A stretch of DNA of 64,000 nt. It comes from Obrimoposthia wandeli. Its lineage: Eukaryota. The notes under the pieces were generated by a model. The model made no database searches, was not told where the DNA came from, and was given only the letters and a program-made list of their open reading frames with translations. Both the position numbers and the translations under genes were made by a program. The stretch spans positions 868,001-932,000 of the forward strand of contig CDROCS010001382.1 in assembly GCA_977020255.1 (NCBI GenBank), in the 5' to 3' direction. Shown here one piece after another: positions 1 through 9,277 of this stretch (within the stretch, counting starts at the first letter, position 1; each line of letters starts with the position of its first letter).

Positions 1-617
1 TTTGACAGTTATTTTAACTCTTATTTTGTTTTGTCCATATTTTATTTGTTGCAAAATATAATTTAACAATTGCACGACTGCATAAAAATACACCTCTTGA
101 AACCTTGCATGGTTATAAAGATCATGGAGAATTCGGTAACCCAAGTATCACGGATGAGTATAATATACAGACCATAGTCCATGTCTTCAAAATGGTGAAT
201 GCAGACCGTGAAAGATTACTACAAACCTTTAGACTTGAACTAATCTCTTTGGGTAAACGCATCTCGAAATGCAGACTTATTAATTTGCCTGTCCCATTCC
301 TTAATTTTTCAGTAGAACGTGGAGAATGTTGTTATTGGGATCTAAAATATCTGATAATGAATTTTTTTAATATACTTTGATATTTAATTAAATTAATTGT
401 ACATTTTATTATTATTTTACCAGCATAAGAAAAAACATTCCAAACCAAAAAAAGACCTTTGGAAGTTTAAATGTTATCTGTTCTTGTCAAATATCGTACT
501 AAAATTAATTTAGACTATCTCAATTCGTTTGAGCCAAAATCATTTTTCAACACTAAAAACGATCTCTTTGTGTTATTCTTCACTTTTTCTAAGTATTTTT
601 TAAACTAATTTGCGCTT

Positions 618-1604
618 TAATAGTAGAGAAAAGTGATGACTTTGACTCAAAACAATATGTCCTCCCCCCGAGAGGAAGGATTCTCCCGAGTACGACGGAC
701 GTTGCAATGGAAACGTGTTGGTTGCCATCGCAACAAACACACATACTATATTTTCTCTTCTGAAACCAATACTCTAGTTAAATCTTCTAAATATCACAAA
801 TTTCCTTGTTAATTTCTGTTTCCCATATTCTCTAAATATGATACATTTCCTGAGTTTATTTCTTAACCACCTACGTATCTTCTAAAATCAATACTCCTGT
901 TAAATCTTCTAAATATCACAAATTTCCTTGTTAATTTCTGTTTCCCATATCCTTTAAATATTTTCTGAAATGACTTCTTAACCATCTAAATATCCTAAAT
1001 TTATCTCCTAGATCCTTCTGTGAATATCTCCTCTGATCCATCAATTTGTCTTCTATGTCATTTTCCCTTCTAAAGTCTTTCTAAGTTGTTAATATCTGTG
1101 CTTAAATTTCCTTTTCTAAAACATCTTAAATCCCCCTCTGAACCCCTTTACAGGTTATAGTTTCTCTTCTGAAACCAACACCCCTGTTAAATCCCCTGTA
1201 AACCCATTTAGGCCTATATTTTTCTCTTCTGAAACCAAGACACATGTTGAATCCTCATCTAAATCCCTCTTAGTATATATTCTCTCTTCTGAAACCGACA
1301 ACCTGTTAAATCTTATAAATATCACAAAATCACAAGTTTTTGAAATTTTCAAGTTTTTAAAAAGAATTATGTTTTTTTGAAATTTCAAGTTTTTTGATTT
1401 TTTTGTATTTTGGTAATTTTTGAAATTATTTTGACGTACCCGGGAGAATTGGTTGCCACGGGGATATACATGACAACAGTGTGTATTGGTTGCAATCGCA
1501 ACCAACATGTTTCCATGGCAACGGCGTCATACTCGGGAGAATCCTTTCTCTCGGGGCGGACCTATTGCCTTGAGTCGAAGTCATCACTTCTCCCTACTTT
1601 TATT
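618..1604. mobile_element. Non-autonomous foldback/MITE-like element with ~130-bp imperfect inverted repeats and internal ~60-bp subrepeats
   Basis: Left arm agtagagaaaagtgatgactttgactcaaaacaatatgtcctccccccgagaggaaggattctcccgagtacgac (~622-750) is the imperfect reverse complement of ~1474-1600. Internal unit tttctcttctgaaacc...ctgttaaatc recurs at ~752, 1161, 1221 and 1281. No transposase; outer ends approximate. Confidence 0.7.
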
Positions 1605-1724
1605 TTGTAATATTTGGTAAGAACAGGATTTTCCATATAACTGTGGCTTCTTTATTATAAGATGTACCCCATACCTTCTGATTTGGTTATCTATACCGCG
1701 TGATCTCACCGACAACAATTTGTA

Positions 1725-1728
1725 CTCT
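1725..1728. other. Target-site duplication CTCT (second copy 22625-22628)
   Basis: gta-CTCT-TGTTAGG at the left end and CCCCAACA-CTCT-ttt at the right end. Confidence 0.9.
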
Positions 1729-2051
1729 TGTTAGGATTAGGTTTTGTTAAAATTAAATAATTAGTTGAATTTATAGTGAATTTATAGTAAAATGAAAATC
1801 CTTGAAAACAAGGTTAAAATTAAATAAAATTTAAATTTAAAATTAAAATGTTAAAAGTAAAAGGAAAATTGAATATTAGAGGACCACGAAGGTCGTGTGA
1901 AATGCGTGAATATATATAATATTAGTTTAAAAAACAAAAGTGCAAAAAAGAAAATTAATTAGAAGATTAACGAAAAGGAAATTAAGAAACGAAGAAAATA
2001 ATCCACGTCGTCAGCCACGTCACCAACAGAAGTAGCAGCTGTTTTCCCGAG

Positions 2052-2096
2052 GTGAGTGGTGACCGGAATTTGCATTAATTAACTTACTAATTTCAG
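2052..2096 (+). other. Predicted 45-nt spliceosomal intron inside the LTR (also 20774-20818)
   Basis: AG|GTGAGT donor, TTACTAAT branch-like motif and TTTCAG| acceptor; identical in both LTRs and close in size to the 43-nt host HPD intron 1. Confidence 0.7.
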
Positions 2097-2412
2097 GACC
2101 GAGAAGCAAGAGGAATCGATTGTCAACTGAGTGACAGACACATACCTGCATAAGCTCTTCAAAATCTACACAGAAATAGACTATATAAGTCTACACTGGA
2201 ATAACCGCAAACCACACACGATCCCCAAAAAAGAAGAGAAGAAGTCATATTATCAAGGAGAAGAAACAGAGTAGACGAATCCACGAATTAAAGGTAAAAG
2301 GAGAAACATCAGCATCACCAAAATTAATACAATACGCGCAGGTCTCGCAGCAACCAGATCTCACTGTCGATATCAACAGCTCAATTCCATTGTTGCAGTT
2401 CAATCGTGCAAG

Positions 2413-2523
2413 TCGCCGCTGCTCAATTCACAGTTGCAGCCCAAGCTCTCAAATTCGCCGCTGCTCAATTCACAGTTGCAGCCCAAGCTCTCAAATTCGC
2501 CGTTGTTCAATTCTACAGTTGCT
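2413..2523 (+). repeat. 42-bp tandem repeat in the LTR (~2.6 copies in 5' LTR, ~1.6 in 3' LTR)
   Basis: Unit tcgccgctgctcaattcacagttgcagcccaagctctcaaat starts at 2413, 2455 and 2497 (partial). Confidence 0.9.
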
Positions 2524-2603
2524 GTCCAGCAGTTCATTTCTGTCTCGCCAATTCGAGAGGACTCATTGATAACCGGAGCAACTAAAGGTATAAATACCGC
2601 AAC

Positions 2604-2958
2604 TTTAAAGGAATTTTGTAACAGTTATTTGAATTTGGAATCATAAATTTAAAGGAATTTTGTAACAATTATTTGAATTTGGAATCATAAATTTAAAGGA
2701 ATTTTGTAACAATTATTTGAATTTGGAATCATAAAATTAAAGGAATTTTGTAACAATTATTTGAATTGGGAATCATAAATTTAAAGGAATTTTGTAACAA
2801 TTATTTGAATTTGGAATCATAAAATTAAAGGAATTTTGTAACAATTATTTGAATTTGGAATCATAAAATTAAAGGAATTTTGTAACAATTATTTTGAATT
2901 GGGAATCATAGATTTAAAGGAATTTTGTAACAATTAATTGAATTGGGAATCATAAATT
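2604..2958 (+). repeat. 44-bp minisatellite in 5' LTR (~8 copies)
   Basis: Unit aaatttaaaggaattttgtaacaattatttgaatttggaatcat with period 44. Confidence 0.95.
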
Positions 2959-3482
2959 GAAAAAGATACTTTGAACCCTAAAATAATCTGTTTTATCAAA
3001 AAGATCTAAACTACCCATAATTTTGAGCAACCAGCTCTAAATTCGTTCCCTATTTTTAGAGCAACCAGCTCTCCAAAATCTGTGCCCTGAGTTTATCCAC
3101 AAGCTAGAGTAAAGACTCAAATAAGCTAACCGACCTTAACGTAAAATCGATACGTGGTTCATCCCCACTTGTGTAGAGACTTACAGAAGTCTTAGGAATT
3201 TTACTACCACTTTTTAGAGAATACGTACGTAAACGTATTGTTGTGTTTAATCTAGTGTGTTAACAATAAACGATTTCCTACATTAGAAAGCATTGTTTTA
3301 AACCCTTCAGATTAAGAGACATCAAAAACAAACACCTTCAGATAAGCAATTGAGACAGGCAACCATAACATTAAGTAGGCCACGATCAACTTTAAGACCT
3401 GCTTCTACAGAACTCACGTTGGGGCCCTCCACATTCAAGAGGATCTATATAAGTTTCATATAGAAACCCCAACATATTAAAG

Positions 3483-3500
3483 TGGTGTCCCGAGTGAGGA
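3483..3500 (+). promoter_or_regulatory. Primer-binding site resembling the complement of the 3' end of elongator tRNA-Met
   Basis: TGGTGTCCCGAGTGAGGA matches at 16/18 the complement of the vertebrate elongator tRNA-Met 3' end (TGGTGCCCCGTGTGAGGA, recalled); it lies 8 nt after the LTR end. Confidence 0.75.
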
Positions 3501-3544
3501 TAGCTCGTCGGACACAGCGAATTCACATAGAATAGAGAGCAAAC

Positions 3545-3885
3545 TGAGAATAAGTTATTGAAGAAATAAGTAAATTGAGAATAAGTTTCAGAAGAAGAAA
3601 ATATAAGTAAATTGAGAATAAGTTTCAGAAGAAGAAAATATAAGCAAATTGAGAATAAGTTTCAGAAGAAGTAGATATAAACAAATTGAGATAAGATAAT
3701 TGATAAGTTTTGAGAAATCGAGTAGATTTGTTCCTCGAGTTAAGAATTTGATAAGTTTTGAGAAATCGAGTAGATTTGTTCCTCGAGTTAAGAATTTGAT
3801 AAGTTTTGTAAAATCGAGTGGATTTGTTCCTCGAATTGAGTAAATTTGATAAAGTTGAGAATCGAGTGGATTGTTACTCGAGGTA
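3545..3885 (+). repeat. Two tandem-repeat blocks in the 5' leader (~38-bp and ~48-bp units, 3-4 copies each)
   Basis: gagaataagtttcagaagaagaaaatataagtaaatt repeats are followed by gataagttttgagaaatcgagtagatttgttcctcgagttaagaattt repeats. Confidence 0.85.
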
Positions 3886-4342
3886 ATTAATTGAATAGGT
3901 TAAGTCGAGAGACGTGTCCTCGAACTAATAAAAGAGATATAAGAAATCGTAAAATAAGAATTGTGAAATAAGATAAAATAATAAGTAAATTGATATCGTA
4001 AACGAATACATAATTGATAAGACAACGGATAATAGAAAAGGACCCGCGTATAATACTAGAAGACAAAGTCAGATTCCCCAGGAAGAGATAAATAATAATA
4101 AATTTAACCGAATTGAACAGGTTCCCCAAACAGATAACAAAGTAACAGAAAAGACTAGAATCGAAGAAAACGTATCAGAAAGAGACGTTGATCAATCAGC
4201 GGTTTCAACCGACAGTTTTAATTTGACTGAATTATTTGGTGACATAAACCCAGAAGAATTTGAAATTGCCAATCCAGTAGTGATTGAGGAAGTTCAAGTG
4301 AAAAATATTGAAGAAATAGTTGAGGAGGATATAGTTGGAAAT

Positions 4343-6457
4343 ATGGCTCAACCAGGAGCTCAAGCAGATAATAATGCAGGAAATAATGTAGGAGAAATGA
4401 ATGCAGAACAGTTGGCACTAGCCTTAAATGCGACGTTGAGACCCAACTTTTCGGGATCATTGCAGATTACAAAGTTTAAAGGAGATGAGGAAAGTATTTG
4501 TGACTTCCTCGCAGAATATTCGAGTTGTGCAGATGTTCAAGGATGGAACGATAGAGAAAAATGTGTCCGTGTACAGGCACACTTAACCGGATTAGCACTT
4601 GAAGTGTATAAACATTTGACAGAAGTAGAACGTTTAGATTGGGCAACGTTGGAAAATGCTTTTATTGGAAAATTGGTATTGGGAGATTTAGCAAAAGTGA
4701 ATAAGCGAATCATGAGAGAACGGAAACAGAAACATGACGAAGGCGTGAATGAATACGCGTATGTTTTGAGAACCTTGGCCGCAAGAGCGTACCCAAGAAG
4801 AATAATGAGAAATCAGGACGGTATTCCTGTAGCTCCAGAAGCACAAGCAGCGGAAAATAACCGGAACCAAGATGAAATGGCAGAAGTTTTGTTAGACATA
4901 TTTAGAGGAGGACTGAAAAAAGATATTAAAGTGTTATTAGCAGTATCGGACACGAATGATTTTGATAACGCCGTACGAAAGGCGAGAGAGATTGAGAAAA
5001 ATATAAAAAATAACGCAGCAATGGCAATTTACGCAATGACTGCAGGTGATGACGATAAGACAAAGGTATTTGTGAATAAGACAGAACCGAGTAATTTTCA
5101 GAATCGAAATTATGGACAAAATAAGTTTGAAAAAGGAGATGAATCCAGTAACGGAAACAGAGATAATTTCCGAAATAGGAATCGAGATGATTCCAGAGGT
5201 AGAAAAAGTAATGATTCGTGGAATAGAAATAGAGATGATTCCAGGAATAGATTTAGTAGAGATAATTCAGGAAATCGCCAACCGTGGAGAGGAGACGATA
5301 GGAATTATAACGCAAACAGAGGAGAGCGAAGTGACTCTCGATTTGAAAATAATACAGGAAGTAGTGACGGAAGATTCAATAATCGAGGAAGCGGTTATAA
5401 TTCCGATAAAGATATACTTACGGGAATTCTCAGGCAAGTGAAGCCGAAGTTGTTCAAAATGTACAAAGATGAAACAACCGATATAACAGACAATTTGACT
5501 AAAGCAGTCAGATCACAAATGTCTGCAGTAAAGAGAATGACTGCGAATCATGTATACCATGCATCAATAGATAGATTTTATGACGGTGAAGTTTTAGCAA
5601 GATTATGTGGAAACCAGACTACGAATAAAAAGTTGATTACGGCGATCACATATCTATGTTTCCAATTGACGGAACGAACGAGCCAACCTCACGAAGTCAA
5701 ACAAGGAATAAATGAAGCGATGTATTTGATCGAAAATGTATTGCAGAGACGAATCGACGAAAACGGAGGTTGGGCAAAATTAAGTGACTACGCTAAAACC
5801 ATTGTGGAAATGAACGAAGACGATGACGAACAATGTCATGAAAATCGTCAAAGAGAAAATAAACAATACCATTCGAAAGAAAGAAACAATCAACCAAATA
5901 TGTCCACAACAATGATGATGATGATGTTAGTAATGTTCATGGGAATGCAACAGGCATCAGGGTTGATAGCATACGACTGTAGCATACCAAAGATGGGACA
6001 AAAGTATTCACTGCTTGACAGCGAAAACTGTCCAGAATCACAACCGTCAAAATTAGAAGTTAAAGGTGTTGAAAACTACTTTGTGTATCAGGATGTTGAT
6101 AAGATACAAGTAGAAGTGAAAGAATGTTCAGTTCATTCAAGTTATTACGAATTCTATTGTGGCCATATAAGTTTTATGTCGGAAATCACACCTACCACAC
6201 CGTACAAAGTACATAAGGTTTTTTCGAGAGATTGCGAAGACGCATTTCGAACAGGAACAATAGAAATAGACAAGAATTACAAGCCTGATGTAAAAGTTGG
6301 AGTAAGACAATACGAAACAGTCACGAGAGTAGGACAACGATGGCCTGATGGATCGTGTGACGGAGGAACAAAAAAACGTGCGTGGAACCAAAGTAACAGA
6401 GTTAGTAATGGACGTAACTTACAAAATAGAATTAAAAACATGGACCGCCAATTTTGA
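4343..6457 (+). CDS. gag: Polyprotein part 1: Gag (~4343-5008), Arg/Asp/Asn/Ser-rich region (~5090-5407), Bcl-2-like domain (~5411-5800), signal peptide (5900-5962), N-terminal part of class III glycoprotein
   Basis: Retrotransposon capsid-like motifs (KFKGDEESICDFL, GWND, QKHDEGVNEYAYVLRTLAARAYP, FRGGL); RRIDENGGWAKLSDY resembles BH2; MMMMMLVMFMGMQQASG|LIAYDC. First ATG at 4343, but the frame is open from 3989. Confidence 0.85.
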   Translation: MAQPGAQADNNAGNNVGEMNAEQLALALNATLRPNFSGSLQITKFKGDEESICDFLAEYSSCADVQGWNDREKCVRVQAHLTGLALEVYKHLTEVERLDWATLENAFIGKLVLGDLAKVNKRIMRERKQKHDEGVNEYAYVLRTLAARAYPRRIMRNQDGIPVAPEAQAAENNRNQDEMAEVLLDIFRGGLKKDIKVLLAVSDTNDFDNAVRKAREIEKNIKNNAAMAIYAMTAGDDDKTKVFVNKTEPSNFQNRNYGQNKFEKGDESSNGNRDNFRNRNRDDSRGRKSNDSWNRNRDDSRNRFSRDNSGNRQPWRGDDRNYNANRGERSDSRFENNTGSSDGRFNNRGSGYNSDKDILTGILRQVKPKLFKMYKDETTDITDNLTKAVRSQMSAVKRMTANHVYHASIDRFYDGEVLARLCGNQTTNKKLITAITYLCFQLTERTSQPHEVKQGINEAMYLIENVLQRRIDENGGWAKLSDYAKTIVEMNEDDDEQCHENRQRENKQYHSKERNNQPNMSTTMMMMMLVMFMGMQQASGLIAYDCSIPKMGQKYSLLDSENCPESQPSKLEVKGVENYFVYQDVDKIQVEVKECSVHSSYYEFYCGHISFMSEITPTTPYKVHKVFSRDCEDAFRTGTIEIDKNYKPDVKVGVRQYETVTRVGQRWPDGSCDGGTKKRAWNQSNRVSNGRNLQNRIKNMDRQF

Positions 6458-8777
6458 TAAAAAGACACAACGAATGATGAAGTATCCGGAATGTAAAATG
6501 ACAGATGCATCTTGTTTTACAGGTGAATCCACAATTGTGTATCACGTGAATCCGAAACAATGCTCTTTAGTATTTTTGAAAGAAATTAGTTTTAATAAAA
6601 TAAAAGGGTTCCTGTATAATAAAGATGGAGAAGGGTTCCTGTATAATAAAGTTGGAGAAGGATTTCACAATGAAACAAGACCAATTCCTATGACGGCGAC
6701 ACCTACACTGTTAATGGCAACATCAACAGAAGAAGGATTGATATTTATTAAAAAGAGAAATAAAGCACGATGCGGAATGACTGTTAGTACTACAAACTAT
6801 CCTGGAATAGTTTTGTCCAGAGAATTAATAGCATTGGCAGAAACCAAGCTAAAACCTAGAGATATGCAGCTACACACGTATTTTAATAATAAAATTGATT
6901 TTTATTATCATAAAGGATTGATGCAAATGGAACAGTTATATCGGATGATGATCGAGAGAGATTGCCAGCTAAACAAAGAGATCGTAAGAACAAAGTTAGC
7001 ATTAGCTATTACGAATCCAGACATGGTAGCACCATTATTACCCTTGGATGAAGGAGTATTTGCTAAAACCATGGGAGAAGTATTGTATACTTACAAGTGT
7101 AATAAAGTAGAAGAACAGTTGAGAAAAACAAGCCGATGTACGAGTGAATTGGCAGTAACACATTATTTAAAAGAACTCTTTGTTGAACCAATCACGAGAA
7201 TGATACTTCCAAAAGACACTCCAACCAAAGAAATCAGCTGCTCTAATATAATGGCACCTGAATATCAGATGACGAATGATCTATGGATAACGCTACCTGA
7301 CCGAAAGCCAACGAAAACTCCAGAGATGATAAAAATGACGAATCTTAAAGGAAAAATGAAATTCGAAGCGGTAGAAAATATGGAAAATGCAGGTTTGTAC
7401 AATGAGAAAGACTTAAAAGCGGCCTGGAACGAAATAATGTTTCCATTAAAAAGAGCCAGAGTACTTACGGAGATGGTGCAGCGAGCATTACCGCCAGGAG
7501 CTAGATATGTGAATTTTGATATGTTATTATTGCCAAGTCATTTCAAGGAAGCAGCACATCAGACACTTAGAAAGATGTGGGGGAAATTCCTTGTTTTAGG
7601 ACAGTTATTTTCAGGTATCATAGGTATTTATGTTATAATTAAATTTGTGCAGGTAATTATAGCCCAGGTGTTATCTACATATAGTTTATACAGGATAGCC
7701 GGAATCACCTGGCAACTTATAATTGGATGTTTTCCATTTTTAGCGAAATATCTAATGCACCATCATCACGAGAACGAGTTGCGAGCCCTCAAGAAGGAGC
7801 AACATCAAACGAGAACCATGATGCGAGAATCAAGAAACTATCGAGACGACAACGACGACGATAATGATAGTCCAGGAGAATATGCAAAGATACCAGGAAA
7901 ACCAAAAATTCCGTTACCAGATAAGGAAGAAGTGGCGTTAAACCTATATCCAATGAAGGAACTAAAGGAAGAGAAGGAAAATTTTAAGAGAGGCATTTTA
8001 ATGATAAGATGGCCTAAAGTGAGCTACAGTGAGATTCCACAAGCAGAGGAAAAATACAAAAAAGATAATTCCAGAAGAATTCTAAAGTCTAGGATATCCA
8101 ATGAGAATCCAAATGCTCCACCACAAGTAGCAGTAACACTGAACGGAAGAGAATATCTTGCTGAAGTTGATACTGGATCTGCAGTATCAGTACTGAGTAA
8201 AGAAATCTTGTCATCAAAAGAATTAAAGGAAGTATGTCCTAGAAAACAGACATTTGTTAACGTGAATGGTACAGATGTAATGTCAGAAGGAACACTGAAA
8301 TGTTCATTGAATATCGATAGAAGAGCATTGCAGTTAAATGCTAGAATATTCAGAGATTGTGGTAGCCCAGTCATGATTGGGATGGACGTAATAAGGATGT
8401 TTGAAGGAATAATTATATTACCAAATAACAAGAGTTATAAGAACGACAGTTCATTGAGAGAGATAAAAATGTTGAGAGGACCTATAGTCGAAAAGGAAAA
8501 ATACACTATGTTCCGTATGGGAAATCCGTACCAAGATAAGAAACAGGAAGCGCTAGTAAAGTCGATACTTCACTACAAAGATGTAAACTCCGGACCACAA
8601 GCTATGACGAGGAGGAAAATAACATATGTGAATCTGTCAGAAAAGGATCCCATGAGATTCGAGAAAAATAGTCGAAAATCACTAGAACTGTACTATTCAA
8701 AAGAAATGGCACGTAAAATGGCAAGAACAGGATTAGAAATGTTAAAGCGACAAGTAGTTATGGTCATGAGGAAGTAG
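6348..8777 (+). CDS. env: Polyprotein part 2 (after +1 shift at the A7 run 6370-6376): rest of chuvirus-like glycoprotein with TM region (to ~7757), retropepsin 1 (~8124-8420), start of BIR1
   Basis: Motifs recalled from chuvirus G proteins (DCQLNKEIVRTKLALAITNPD, GEVLYTYKC, LFVEPITR, AGLYNEKDL, IMFP, hydrophobic C-terminus); VDTGS at 8166 and IGMDV. Confidence 0.85.
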   Translation: MDRVTEEQKNVRGTKVTELVMDVTYKIELKTWTANFDKKTQRMMKYPECKMTDASCFTGESTIVYHVNPKQCSLVFLKEISFNKIKGFLYNKDGEGFLYNKVGEGFHNETRPIPMTATPTLLMATSTEEGLIFIKKRNKARCGMTVSTTNYPGIVLSRELIALAETKLKPRDMQLHTYFNNKIDFYYHKGLMQMEQLYRMMIERDCQLNKEIVRTKLALAITNPDMVAPLLPLDEGVFAKTMGEVLYTYKCNKVEEQLRKTSRCTSELAVTHYLKELFVEPITRMILPKDTPTKEISCSNIMAPEYQMTNDLWITLPDRKPTKTPEMIKMTNLKGKMKFEAVENMENAGLYNEKDLKAAWNEIMFPLKRARVLTEMVQRALPPGARYVNFDMLLLPSHFKEAAHQTLRKMWGKFLVLGQLFSGIIGIYVIIKFVQVIIAQVLSTYSLYRIAGITWQLIIGCFPFLAKYLMHHHHENELRALKKEQHQTRTMMRESRNYRDDNDDDNDSPGEYAKIPGKPKIPLPDKEEVALNLYPMKELKEEKENFKRGILMIRWPKVSYSEIPQAEEKYKKDNSRRILKSRISNENPNAPPQVAVTLNGREYLAEVDTGSAVSVLSKEILSSKELKEVCPRKQTFVNVNGTDVMSEGTLKCSLNIDRRALQLNARIFRDCGSPVMIGMDVIRMFEGIIILPNNKSYKNDSSLREIKMLRGPIVEKEKYTMFRMGNPYQDKKQEALVKSILHYKDVNSGPQAMTRRKITYVNLSEKDPMRFEKNSRKSLELYYSKEMARKMARTGLEMLKRQVVMVMRK

Positions 8778-9277
8778 AACGATGCGTATGGTGTAGAGTA
8801 AAATTTAGAAAATGGGAGAAGAATGAAAACCTTATGAAACGTCATAAAAGAGATGCACCAAATTGTCCATTTCTCTTGAAACTGAAAACTTCAAACGTAC
8901 CAGAAATCCAAATGGGAAAAGCACCCGATTTCGATTACAGTGACGAGATTCCAAAAGGAGAATCAGCTCTAATAGTAGGCAGAGTAATAACAAATAGCCG
9001 AATTGAAGACATATTCGAAGTTATGCGAGAAGTGAACGAATGTGACGAACAATATCGAGAAGTAACTTTCGAAGATCCAAGACTTAAAAAATTTGCAAAA
9101 AAGGGACTTTTTGCTATAAAAAAGGATGGTAAAGACGTAATTAAATGCCACAAGTGTAAAAAAGAACGAATTATCGACAGATATACTCTTGAGTTACCTA
9201 AGAAAACGTTACATAATGAATTTTGCGAATTTTGTAATTCTAAAAACAAAATAAAGCAAAAAGAACAGAAAACCTAA
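8734..9277 (+). CDS. Polyprotein part 3 (after -1 shift near 8733): BIR1 C-terminal half and BIR2
   Basis: CVWC-x16-H-x6-C (RCVWCRVKFRKWEKNENLMKRHKRDAPNCPFL). Adding one T at ggatt(t)aga restores KMARTGF. Second CHKC-x18-H-x6-C is preceded by FAKKGLF. Confidence 0.85.

Larger units (their letters stand above)
1729..3474 (+). repeat. 5' LTR (1,746 bp)
   Basis: Starts TGTTAGGATTAGG, ends GAAACCCCAACA; colinear with 20451-22624. Confidence 0.97.

Noticed and set aside
105-380. 91-aa ORF
   Set aside because: Non-ATG start, no recognisable motif and no clear splice context.
1155-1508. 117-aa minus-strand ORF with VSEE repeats
   Set aside because: The periodicity comes from the 60-bp DNA subrepeats of the MITE-like element.
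2434-2646. 70-aa ORF in the LTR
   Set aside because: TTG start, produced by the 42-bp repeat, and copy number differs between LTRs.
6370-6376. Classical -1 slippery site A AAA AAA
   Set aside because: Env continues in the +1 frame, not -1, and the site is mid-domain.
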